From assembly GCA_965205975.1 (NCBI GenBank), contig OZ242195.1, forward strand, positions 5,376,001-5,440,000: DNA of 64,000 bases. The letters run 5' to 3'. Below are positions 55,956-64,000 of the stretch, in pieces. The notes beneath the pieces are model-generated. The model made no database searches. It was not told the origin of the DNA and saw only the letters and a program-made list of their open reading frames with translations. This DNA comes from Candidatus Latescibacterota bacterium. Lineage in GTDB: Bacteria > Latescibacterota > UBA2968. The translations under genes were made by a program, and so were the position numbers. Within the stretch, counting starts at the first letter, position 1, and each line of letters opens with the position of its first letter.

Positions 55956-57365
55956 TTAAAGGGAAATCGGATACTCGAAATCTCTTTCCATTGTTTCGGG
56001 GAGTTGATAGACGTTGCCTTTTTTGTCGGAGAAGTAAAGGCAGGATTTGGATGCTTGTCGCGCATTGCCGTCAGCCCACAGGGCGTAGAAGTCGGGATGT
56101 GCATTGACGGGGCTTCGGGCATAGGTGTGGTTGCGGGTGCTGTTTTGCGTGAGTTGTTTGACGCGCCTCCACGTTTGTCCTTTGCGTTCCCACATTGCCA
56201 TTTCCCCACCGGGATTGTAGGGTTGTGGTCCGGTTTCTGTGGGGGCGATAACGCGCCAGGTGCCGTCTGCTTCGAGGTAGAGGGATCCCATGTCGTAGTT
56301 GCTGTCGGATATGGTGATGGGGTGGGCGTGCCAGTCGCTCCCGGTCCATTGTAATAGGGTCCAGGTGCGCGGGCTATTTCCCGGGCCAGATTCATAACCT
56401 TTGCTGGTGATGATGAGGATGACGGGTTTGCCCTGTGGATCGAGGCGAATGTCTTTGAGATAGACTTTTAATCCTTCGGCTGCGTAATCGCGCACGAGGG
56501 CGTTGTTGTGTGGGGTTGTGAGCGGAACTTCAATGGGTTCTCCGGCTGCATTTTGCCAGGTTTGTCCAAAGTCGGGGGTTTCGAGATAGTAGAGGTTGGT
56601 GCGCCAGTTGAGACCGTGAGGGTCGGGGTGGTAGTTAAAGGCTGTGACGGCTTTGTGGTTGGAGCATATACTGATTTGATAATGTCCTTTTTCGATGGCT
56701 GCGAGGCGCGTCCATTCAGACCATTTGACGCCGTTGGGGCTGGTCGTGAAGAAGAGGGTGCGGTCGGCTGGATCTTTGTAGCGCGTGACAAAGTTGATGA
56801 AGCCGCGATCTGGTAAGTGCCAGGCTTGCATGTAGGAGAAGTTGTCCATGGGGCGTTCTTCGCCATTGAGGCGATAGGTCGCGTCAATTTGGTCAAATTT
56901 GTCAATGGTGTAGGGTTTTGCGCTTCGGTGGATATATGAGGGGCGCGATAAGCCGTGTGCGGTTGAGAAGATCCATATATAGCCGTCGTCGTCTATGGAT
57001 ATGACGGGATTGTCGTGGGCATCTGCTGTGTTTTTGTCGAGGAGGATGGTCGGACGGGGAACCTGTTGGGTTTTGTGGTCGAAGTAGGAGATCATGTGCA
57101 GGAGAAAACCGTTGCGATTGCGCGCGAAAGATCGGTCGCCATTGAGGTCTGCTTCTGTGTGTTTGAGATGTGCGTCAAGAGGCGTGCCACCGTAACAGAA
57201 GAAGGTTTTGTCAACTTCGGGACGGTACACGGCAAAGGGGCGATGTTTGGCACAGTAAGTGCCCAATCCACCGCTGTATTTGTACACGTATTCATCGCCG
57301 GATGGCTGATTGTAATACCATATCCCGCGATAGCCCGTGTCTTTTTGGTTTAAGGTGAGGGTCAT
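55956..57365 (-). CDS. BNR/Asp-box repeat protein (BNR_4-like)
   Basis: DAHDNP, FSY.Q.W, TS.NG..WS, T.D.G.TW Asp-box-like motifs. Confidence 0.75.
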   Translation of the reverse strand: MTLTLNQKDTGYRGIWYYNQPSGDEYVYKYSGGLGTYCAKHRPFAVYRPEVDKTFFCYGGTPLDAHLKHTEADLNGDRSFARNRNGFLLHMISYFDHKTQQVPRPTILLDKNTADAHDNPVISIDDDGYIWIFSTAHGLSRPSYIHRSAKPYTIDKFDQIDATYRLNGEERPMDNFSYMQAWHLPDRGFINFVTRYKDPADRTLFFTTSPNGVKWSEWTRLAAIEKGHYQISICSNHKAVTAFNYHPDPHGLNWRTNLYYLETPDFGQTWQNAAGEPIEVPLTTPHNNALVRDYAAEGLKVYLKDIRLDPQGKPVILIITSKGYESGPGNSPRTWTLLQWTGSDWHAHPITISDSNYDMGSLYLEADGTWRVIAPTETGPQPYNPGGEMAMWERKGQTWRRVKQLTQNSTRNHTYARSPVNAHPDFYALWADGNARQASKSCLYFSDKKGNVYQLPETMERDFEYPISL

Positions 57366-57478
57366 GTTTTCTCCTTTGTATGAAATTTGAAGATGGTAAA
57401 AAAAGGGAAAAAGAAATTCGCGTCAAGTTTCTTGACAAAGTTCGGTTTCATGGCTTCATTGAAAAAATAATATGCCAT

Positions 57479-57505
57479 GTAGAGGCGGTGCCCCCGTGCC
57501 CTCCC
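57479..57505 (+). repeat. GTAG-type REP-like palindrome
   Basis: gtagaggcggtgcccccgtgccctccc in the intergenic region. Confidence 0.45.
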
Positions 57506-57524
57506 TCCCTTAGAAAGGATTATT

Positions 57525-58277
57525 ATGTCGAATCCCACGATTGATGTGCTGATGTCGCACAGGAGTATTCGGAGGTTTGAAGATCGGCCGTTGCCCGATG
57601 GCGTGTTGGAGACTCTGATTCGGTGTGGGCAGCAGGCGAGTACGTCGAGCAATTTGCAGGCTTATACGGTGATTCATGTGGCTGATCCCGGGCGCAAGAA
57701 GAAGTTGGCCGAGTTGTGTGCCGATCAGGTGCAAATTCATCAGAGTGCGGCTTTTTTGGCTTTTTGTGCGGATTTGCATCGGGATTGGATGGCGAATCAG
57801 ATGCACGGGGTTGAGCGGTTTGATGGGGATTATGTCGAGGCGTTGATGATTGCGACGGTGGATGTCGCGCTGATGATGCAGAATGTGGCGATTGCAGCGG
57901 AGTCTATGGGGTTGGGCATTTGTATGATTGGGGCGATGCGGAATAATCCAAAGGCTGTGGGTGAATTGCTCGGTTTGCCGCCTTATGTCGTGGCTGTGTC
58001 TGGTTTTTGTATTGGATATCCGGCGCAGGAGCCAGAGGTGAAACCGCGTTTGCCCGTCAATGCGGTGTTGCATCGGGAGCGTTATCTGGATGACGAGACG
58101 CATCGCGCGATTATGAAGGATTACGATCAGAAGATGGTGGAATTTTATGCGTCACAGGGAATGCACGAAGGAGACCAGCGCTGGACGACGGTGGTGGGAG
58201 GGCGTACCGGGCAATTTCATGTGCGTGAGGAATTGGACGAATTTTTGACGGCGCAGGGGTTTAAGTTGCGGCGGTGA
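57525..58277 (+). CDS. NfrA/Frp-type nitroreductase (flavin reductase)
   Basis: HRSIRRF, ASTSSNLQAY, FCADLHR, AAESMGLG.C.IGAMRN, KPRLP. Confidence 0.92.
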   Translation: MSNPTIDVLMSHRSIRRFEDRPLPDGVLETLIRCGQQASTSSNLQAYTVIHVADPGRKKKLAELCADQVQIHQSAAFLAFCADLHRDWMANQMHGVERFDGDYVEALMIATVDVALMMQNVAIAAESMGLGICMIGAMRNNPKAVGELLGLPPYVVAVSGFCIGYPAQEPEVKPRLPVNAVLHRERYLDDETHRAIMKDYDQKMVEFYASQGMHEGDQRWTTVVGGRTGQFHVREELDEFLTAQGFKLRR

Positions 58278-58383
58278 AGGGACTCACACGAAGGCGCAAA
58301 GGGATATTTGGGACTTTGTAGTTTTGTGTGGGAATATTCTTTATATTTTAGTTTCGGTTAGTGTCTTTGTGTGAGAATATACC

Positions 58384-59241
58384 ATGAGCAATGTCATTGA
58401 AGAAATTGATCGGCTGAAAAGAGAGTTGGACGCATTGCGCCCATTGCCTCCTGATGTCCTCGCGCGGATAGAACAAAAGCTCCGAATTGAGTCGAACTAC
58501 CACTCCAATGCCGTAGAAGGCAATAGCCTGACGCTCGGAGAAACGAGAAGTCTAATCCTCCATGGGCTTACTGCTCACGGGAAGCCTATGCGCGATCATC
58601 TGGACATTGAAGGGCATGATGAGGCGATAAAGGCGATGGAGGATGCAGTAAAAAGAAATGAATTGCTTAACGAGGTCTTTATCCGAAATCTTCATAAAGT
58701 ACTGTTGAAGGAGCCGTACGAAAACGACGCGATAACGCCAGATGGACAGTCTGTGAAACGGCGCATTGCTATCGGAGAGTATAAGACACAGCCAAATAAC
58801 GTGCGGACTTCTACGGGAGAGATTTATTATTTTACACCGCCGGATCAAGTGAAACCGGCGATGGGCGATCTCATAGATTGGTATAGAAAGCAAGAAGATG
58901 AGGGCGAGCATCCGATTATCATAGCTGCTACGTTTCACTACCGTTTTATCCGTATTCACCCTTTTGATGATGGTAATGGTCGTATGGCGCGGCTTTTGAT
59001 GAATATGATTTTGATCAAGCACGGATACACGGTGGCTGTAGTCCCTGTTGAGGAGAGAGATCAATATATCGGGATGCTGGAGCAAGCGGATAAGACCGAA
59101 GATTTGGCCGATTTTATCACCTATATTGCACATTGTTGCAAATATGCCCTGAATCTATACCTAAAAGCCGCTCGTGGAGAGGATATTGAAGATATGGAGG
59201 ACATAGATAAAGAGATTGCACTCTTCAAATCTCGACTCTAA
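58384..59241 (+). CDS. Fic family protein (class II)
   Basis: SNAVEGN inhibitory motif; HPFDDGNGRMAR. Confidence 0.93.
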   Translation: MSNVIEEIDRLKRELDALRPLPPDVLARIEQKLRIESNYHSNAVEGNSLTLGETRSLILHGLTAHGKPMRDHLDIEGHDEAIKAMEDAVKRNELLNEVFIRNLHKVLLKEPYENDAITPDGQSVKRRIAIGEYKTQPNNVRTSTGEIYYFTPPDQVKPAMGDLIDWYRKQEDEGEHPIIIAATFHYRFIRIHPFDDGNGRMARLLMNMILIKHGYTVAVVPVEERDQYIGMLEQADKTEDLADFITYIAHCCKYALNLYLKAARGEDIEDMEDIDKEIALFKSRL

Positions 59242-59321
59242 AAAAGAAGCTATGTGGGGCAAGATCTGGATGTGCTCAAGAAGATGTTTAACGGAATGAT
59301 ACAGTAAAAAAGGAAACAATT

Positions 59322-59540
59322 ATGAATGTGACGGATATACTCGAAAAAGCTCAATTTGTCGTGGATGCTGGTGGCGAAAAAAAATCGGTGCTGCTTGACT
59401 ACACGACTTGGGAAGCGTTGCTGATCTTACTGGAAGACTTGGAAGATGCAGAGGAGATTCACCATTTTCGCGACGCAGATGAAGAAATAATTCCCTGGGA
59501 ACAGGCCAAAGTAGAACTACAAGTAGATCGCTCATTTTGA
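59322..59540 (+). CDS. Putative antitoxin, small acidic protein
   Basis: QFVVD..G.KKSVLL...WE.LL..LEDLED, IPWEQAK tail typical of type II antitoxins. Confidence 0.7.
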   Translation: MNVTDILEKAQFVVDAGGEKKSVLLDYTTWEALLILLEDLEDAEEIHHFRDADEEIIPWEQAKVELQVDRSF

Positions 59541-59607
59541 AAAGCGCTTGACCAGATTTCAGGCGTGTATTATATACGCCGATATAAGTTTGAAAAGGAG
59601 ACTGATT

Positions 59608-59925
59608 ATGAGTGTACCTGAACTACTCGAAAAAGCCCAATTTGTTGTAGATGCCAGCGGCGAAAAAAAATCGGTGCTGCTTGACTACGCGGCTTGGGAG
59701 GCTTTACTGACCTTATTGGATGACTTGGAAGATATAGAAGATATGCGCCATCTTCGCGACCCAGATGAAAAAGTGATTGCTTGGAAACAGGCAAAAGCGG
59801 AGCTGAGATTGAATGACGAACCATCGCGCCCTTTTGGGTTGTGCGCTGGGGAGTTCTCAGTGCCTGATGATTTCGACGATCCATTGCCGGAGTATGTGAT
59901 TGAAGAATTTGAAGGTAAAAAATAA
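59608..59925 (+). CDS. Paralogous antitoxin fused to a VapB-type tail
   Basis: N-terminal ~65 aa closely similar to 59322..59540, then RPFGLCAGEFSVPDDFDDPLP. Confidence 0.7.
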   Translation: MSVPELLEKAQFVVDASGEKKSVLLDYAAWEALLTLLDDLEDIEDMRHLRDPDEKVIAWKQAKAELRLNDEPSRPFGLCAGEFSVPDDFDDPLPEYVIEEFEGKK

Positions 59926-59958
59926 ATGAGGCTTCTGCTAGATACTCACATCTTCCTC
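59926..59958 (+). pseudogene. 5' stub of a VapC (PIN) toxin gene
   Basis: ATG immediately after the antitoxin stop; reads MRLLLDTHIFL, then PIN similarity is lost. Confidence 0.7.
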
Positions 59959-60034
59959 ACGAGAATGGTACACAGCGAGGTCGTCTTCAACACACTCATA
60001 CAAGTTTGGAAATTACCACTACAAAGGAGAAAAA

Positions 60035-60688
60035 ATGAAAGTGCTGGTTTTGTCAGGGCCGAACCATCGGTTTGATGCAAGTGCTGAGGTTATCAATGGG
60101 TTTTTGGGCGCTCAGGACGATTTGTCTGTGGCGCTTGAAGACAATAAGGATGTGCTGACTTCAGACTCTTTGAACGATTTTGATGTGCTGGTACACGGTA
60201 CGGGATTTACGCGCACAGAGCGGGATGCGGATGGGACGGTGAATCGCTTGCCGGATTTGACGCCTGAGCAAGAAGAGGGATTGTTCGATTTTGTGGCGGG
60301 TGGCAAAGGTCTGGTGGGTATTCACGGTACGGCATGGTGGATTGGCGGGCGAGCGGTGGATTTGATCGGCGGGCACGCAAACTGGCATCCGCCGGGATTG
60401 ACGTTCACCGTGAATATTGCGGATGACGCGCACCCCATTACACAGGGGGTTGATGATTTTGAAGTGGAAGACGAGATTTATATGTCGGCATGGGATCCCG
60501 CCGTTCATATTTTGGCAACCGCGGATTGGAGCGATAAGCAGCATCCTATGGCGTGGGTGAAGGGTTATGGCGAAGGACGGGTATTTTACACGACTCTGGG
60601 ACACGGGCCAGGTACATTTGAGCGGGCAGGGATGCAGCGACTGGTGACGCAGGGCGTGAGGTGGGCTGGAGGAACTCGTGATGCTTAG
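60035..60688 (+). CDS. ThuA-like (class I glutamine amidotransferase fold) protein
   Basis: FV.GGKGLVGIH, HP, HPIT.G..DF...DE.Y, G.GRVFYTTLGH. Confidence 0.9.
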   Translation: MKVLVLSGPNHRFDASAEVINGFLGAQDDLSVALEDNKDVLTSDSLNDFDVLVHGTGFTRTERDADGTVNRLPDLTPEQEEGLFDFVAGGKGLVGIHGTAWWIGGRAVDLIGGHANWHPPGLTFTVNIADDAHPITQGVDDFEVEDEIYMSAWDPAVHILATADWSDKQHPMAWVKGYGEGRVFYTTLGHGPGTFERAGMQRLVTQGVRWAGGTRDA

Positions 60689-61331
60689 ATTTGCCGAAGA
60701 ACTCTTGCTTCTGACACTCGACGATGAAAATGGGAGATTTGCTCGCGTGCCAGACCGGCTAATGCGGTACGCGCTCGCCGGTGGTGTGTTGATGGATTTG
60801 GCGCTGGAGAATCGGATTGACACGGATCTCAAAAATTTGATCCTCGTCGATTCGACTCCGGTTCAGGATAGCTTGCTCGATCCGACGCTCGCGGATATTG
60901 CCCAGGCGGACGATACTAAAGATGCGCGATTTTGGGTGGAGCGCACCGCGCTTCGCGCCGATACGATTCGAGAAGTGGCACTCAATCGGCTCGTAGAACA
61001 GGGTATTCTCAAGCGCGAAGAGGACCGGTTCATGTGGGTATTCCAGGCGCGGCGCTATCCCATTATCGACAATACAGCCGAGCGCGAGGTCAAGCTGAGG
61101 ATTATGGAGGTGTTGTTCAGCGACCAGATCCCCGGTCCGCGCGATGTCGTGATTATTGGTCTGGCGCATGCGTGCGATATATTTAAGGAGATTCTGTCCG
61201 CACGAGAACTGGCGCGTGTTTCAGATCGCATCGACCAGGTGCGAAAGCTGGATTTGATCGGTCAGGCTATGTCGCAGGCGATTACAGATATCGAGCTATC
61301 CCTCGCCCTCGCCGTGCAGATGATGCCGTAA
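60681..61331 (+). CDS. GPP34 / GOLPH3-like family protein
   Basis: FAEELLLL.LDD..G, ALAGGVLMDLALE.RID, D.LLD..L, LVEQGIL, RYP. Confidence 0.85.
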   Translation: MLRFAEELLLLTLDDENGRFARVPDRLMRYALAGGVLMDLALENRIDTDLKNLILVDSTPVQDSLLDPTLADIAQADDTKDARFWVERTALRADTIREVALNRLVEQGILKREEDRFMWVFQARRYPIIDNTAEREVKLRIMEVLFSDQIPGPRDVVIIGLAHACDIFKEILSARELARVSDRIDQVRKLDLIGQAMSQAITDIELSLALAVQMMP

Positions 61332-61365
61332 GAAGTGGGAAGGGTGAAGTGTGAAGGACGAAGTG

Positions 61366-61397
61366 AAAAGCCGCCTTGTTGAAGGGCGGCTTTTTTT
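61366..61397. terminator. Bidirectional terminator
   Basis: aaaagccgcc...ggcggcttttttt. Confidence 0.75.
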
Positions 61398-61407
61398 GCG
61401 GTGCGTT

Positions 61408-62691
61408 TTAAGTCTGAAGGTCTGCGGGGTCGTTGATGCGCGCGCCTTCAGGGGCAGAAACTGAGCCTGCGAGCAGTGGGTCGTCGGTTGTTTCCATCCA
61501 GGTTTGGAGGCGATGGCGCAGGTCTTTTAACGCGTCTTGATATTTGGGGTCAGAGGCGAGATTGTTGGTTTCGTAGGGGTCAAAAATCAGGTCGTAGAGT
61601 TGTTCAGGGGGTTGGTTTTTTTGCCGCCAGCCCTGGTCGAGAAAGTAGGATTTGCTGGGGCTGCCGTCGCAGTTGATGTCGCCAGGGCGCTGTGTGGGAT
61701 ACCAGTGGCGGATGTATTTCCATTTTTTTGTGCGTATGGCGCGTTGTGGGTCGTAATAGCTGTGGTAGTTGACTTCTGCGAAAATTTCATCGTGGATTTC
61801 ATCTGTTTCTTCGCGGACGAGTGGTAGTATGGATTTGCCTTGTAGCCAGTTTGGATGGTCTATGCCGATTATATCGCACAAGGTGGGGAAGAGATCGATT
61901 TGAGAGACCATGCCATCGATGATTTTGCCGCCTGAAAAACCCGGTCCGCGCATGATGAGCATGACGCCGATGCCGTGATCGGTGAGGTTGCATTTCATCA
62001 TGGGGAATGCGATGCCGTGATCGGTGGTGCTTATGACGATGGTGTTTTCGGCAAGTCCGGCATGATCTATAGCATTGAGGACGCGCCCGACTTCGGTATC
62101 GAGAATGCGAACGCAGGTTTTGTATGCGGCGGTGTCGTATCGGGTTTCGGGGGTATCGGGCAAGGGTGCAGGTGGTATGCAATAGCGCGGGTCGTCTCCG
62201 GGTCCCGGTTCGGGAAAGCTGCGATGGGTGACGGTATATCCGACGTCGAGGAAGAAGGGCTTGTCGTGAGATCTGTTGAGAAATGCGATGGCCGCGTCAG
62301 AGGTTGTCTGTTGATTTTTAGCTGTATCGAATATTTCGTCATAACCGATTTCCGAGGGATCGGCTGCGGGGGGACGACCGACGTGCTGAAAACCCGATAG
62401 AGCGGTTGTGTAACCCGCTTTTTTGAGTGTGTGAACGAGGTGATGGCTGTAATCGTTGAGGCGAAAGCCGCGGTGGGCAAGCCCTAGCATGCCACAACTG
62501 TGGGGCGATTGTCCGGTCAGGAGTGCGGCTCGGCTTGGCGAGCAGGTCGGGTTGGCGCAAAATGCCTGGCGAAAGAGAACGCCCTGTTCGGCGAGGTGCT
62601 GAAAATTTGGGGTGGGTATGGCATGCCCAAAGGGCTGAATGTAGCGACCTGTGTCGTGAGAGTGAATGTAGAGGATGTTTGGATGGGGCAT
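61408..62691 (-). CDS. Sulfatase (Cys-type)
   Basis: PNILYIHSHD, CSPSRAALLTG, TTDHG, EQLYDL..DP.E..NL. Confidence 0.93.
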   Translation of the reverse strand: MPHPNILYIHSHDTGRYIQPFGHAIPTPNFQHLAEQGVLFRQAFCANPTCSPSRAALLTGQSPHSCGMLGLAHRGFRLNDYSHHLVHTLKKAGYTTALSGFQHVGRPPAADPSEIGYDEIFDTAKNQQTTSDAAIAFLNRSHDKPFFLDVGYTVTHRSFPEPGPGDDPRYCIPPAPLPDTPETRYDTAAYKTCVRILDTEVGRVLNAIDHAGLAENTIVISTTDHGIAFPMMKCNLTDHGIGVMLIMRGPGFSGGKIIDGMVSQIDLFPTLCDIIGIDHPNWLQGKSILPLVREETDEIHDEIFAEVNYHSYYDPQRAIRTKKWKYIRHWYPTQRPGDINCDGSPSKSYFLDQGWRQKNQPPEQLYDLIFDPYETNNLASDPKYQDALKDLRHRLQTWMETTDDPLLAGSVSAPEGARINDPADLQT

Positions 62692-62709
62692 TGAATTCTC
62701 CTGTGATTA

Positions 62710-64000
62710 TCACGCATGAGATAGATATGCTCGAAGGTGTTTGAGGGCACGGTCATTGTCTATTGCTTCTCGTGTCTGTCGAATTGCATCGTGGGGATCG
62801 GTGGTGAAACCGAGCAGGTAATCTGTGAGGGCTGCATTGAGTACAATGCGGTCGTAAACCGGACCTTTTTCCCCCGAAAGAGCTGCAAGGCCGAGTTTGG
62901 CAAAGGTCTGTGCATTGACGGCTTTGGGGCGTGGATTTTGTGTGTAGTGAAAGCCATAAGTGGCGGGATTGATGTCGCAAGCATAAGTTTGGTTGGCGCG
63001 AAAGCCCTGTGAAAAATTGATGGCGTTGCGCGTTTTATCGGTGGGTTTTCCCAGGCGAAGAGAAAAGTGGCTGGTGCCTTCTTCTCCCTTGATCGCTACT
63101 GCAGATGTAAATCCGGTCTCGCGTGCGATTTTCAGAAGGGGGATTTCGTATCCCGAATGGTAATAACCGATGACGATGTGATTGCTGCCAGCACAGGTGA
63201 AGAGTTGCTGCGCTTTTTCTGTGGCAGACCACGGGGGGCGTTTGCCTATGTGGGCGCGAAGGTCGCGGGCTGCGTAAGCCAATGGCGCATATTCGCGTTG
63301 GCTGATGTAGGCAAAGCCCATCTCGGGATTTTCGAGTCGTTCTGCTGCTTCTGAAAGCGATAAATTGGTGCGGGCATTGAGGGCGTTGAGGATCAGTTCG
63401 TCGGTTACACCCCATTTGGGTGGCATGGCATCTACACCGTGAAGTACGGTGGGGCGACCAAGGGCCGCGCGCAGTGCCGCGACAAAAATGGTGGGTTTGA
63501 AGTAGCGGGTTGAGCCATTGTAGGGTTGACCAAAGTGGGTGAGGTTATTCACCTGTACTGCGTGGATGCGTTCGGGTGCAAAGGTCGAGTGGAGGTATCC
63601 TCGCACCTCGTCATAGGATTCGAGGTTCATGCGCTGGCCGATCAGTGCGGCACCTTTGAGGCTGCCGCGAACGCTTTCGGTGAGAATAGCTTCGCACATA
63701 AGGCGCGTTTGCTCATAGGTGAGATGACCACCGGCGAGAATGGTTTTTAGCGAGGCAATGACGGTTTGCTCGTCGGGTGATTCTGCGGGACAGTGATCTT
63801 TAAAGCCGAAGATATACTGGAGGTCCGATGGTAGCCGGGTTTGTAGAAGGGGGGTATATTGTTCAAATGCACTGATTTCAGTCTGACTCCAGGCTGTTTT
63901 GGGCGGGTAATTGCGCCGCAGACGCATCGCGGTAAAAAAGGCTCCCATCTGGATATCGGAGACCGGATGATGTGCTTTGTTTTGCAGCGTATTGAGGATG
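62710..64000 (-). CDS. Anthranilate phosphoribosyltransferase-like (glycosyltransferase family 3) protein, 5' end outside window
   Basis: Frame open to the window edge; Q.GAF..A.R and GA.LIG.RM helical repeats, PY.G..R, LHG....PPK.GVT, IGKRP...T.EK, KGEEG. Confidence 0.75.
   Translation of the reverse strand, partial: ILNTLQNKAHHPVSDIQMGAFFTAMRLRRNYPPKTAWSQTEISAFEQYTPLLQTRLPSDLQYIFGFKDHCPAESPDEQTVIASLKTILAGGHLTYEQTRLMCEAILTESVRGSLKGAALIGQRMNLESYDEVRGYLHSTFAPERIHAVQVNNLTHFGQPYNGSTRYFKPTIFVAALRAALGRPTVLHGVDAMPPKWGVTDELILNALNARTNLSLSEAAERLENPEMGFAYISQREYAPLAYAARDLRAHIGKRPPWSATEKAQQLFTCAGSNHIVIGYYHSGYEIPLLKIARETGFTSAVAIKGEEGTSHFSLRLGKPTDKTRNAINFSQGFRANQTYACDINPATYGFHYTQNPRPKAVNAQTFAKLGLAALSGEKGPVYDRIVLNAALTDYLLGFTTDPHDAIRQTREAIDNDRALKHLRAYLSHA

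Noticed and set aside
59242..59308. In-frame continuation after the second fic stop (KRSYVGQDLDVLKKMFNGMIQ*)
   Set aside because: Too short to distinguish truncation or a gene stub from chance without a homology search.
2471..63750. Many long antisense or alternate-frame ORFs (for example 2903..3781, 7577..8542, 11411..12241, 48244..49338)
   Set aside because: They lie within well-supported genes and show no recognisable motifs; typical shadow ORFs.

Overview
Gene-dense bacterial chromosome segment with about 60 CDS. I saw no rRNA, tRNA, CRISPR array or intact transposase/integrase. The gene content (PorX-like REC-PglZ regulator beside tsaE, beta-barrel and TolC-family proteins, sulfatases, BNR and ThuA proteins) suggests a diderm FCB-group organism such as Latescibacterota; this is inference only. 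Housekeeping blocks: cvpA-rpsU, kinase-porX-like-tsaE, a catabolic run (5.2-13.2 kb), ogg, an ABC-2 exporter, a full sufBCDSU-sufT-rrf2-nfuA operon, lexA/dprA, kamA-family, UPF0182-murQ, a ClpX-like ATPase, rqcH, and folD under a ZMP/ZTP riboswitch. The main accessory region is a visibly AT-richer defence-type island (~13.3-23.0 kb): NYN nuclease, HNH nuclease, Fic, DUF5131, then a tightly linked operon of two C5 DNA methyltransferases, a soluble GHKL(MORC-like) ATPase/histidine-kinase fusion and a response regulator with an unrecognised output domain. That operon is the best candidate for an uncharacterised methylation-linked phosphorelay defence system. The island and a second Fic/antitoxin patch (58.4-60.0 kb) contain short gene stubs (NYN, AAA ATPase, type I R-M tail, VapC). 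Other items: a dispersed heptamer-flanked repeat in two inverted copies, a leaderless fic promoter with a duplicated palindromic operator, a structured leader before the clpX-like gene, and an orphan PqqD/RRE gene pair. All family calls come from motif recognition by eye, not database searches.
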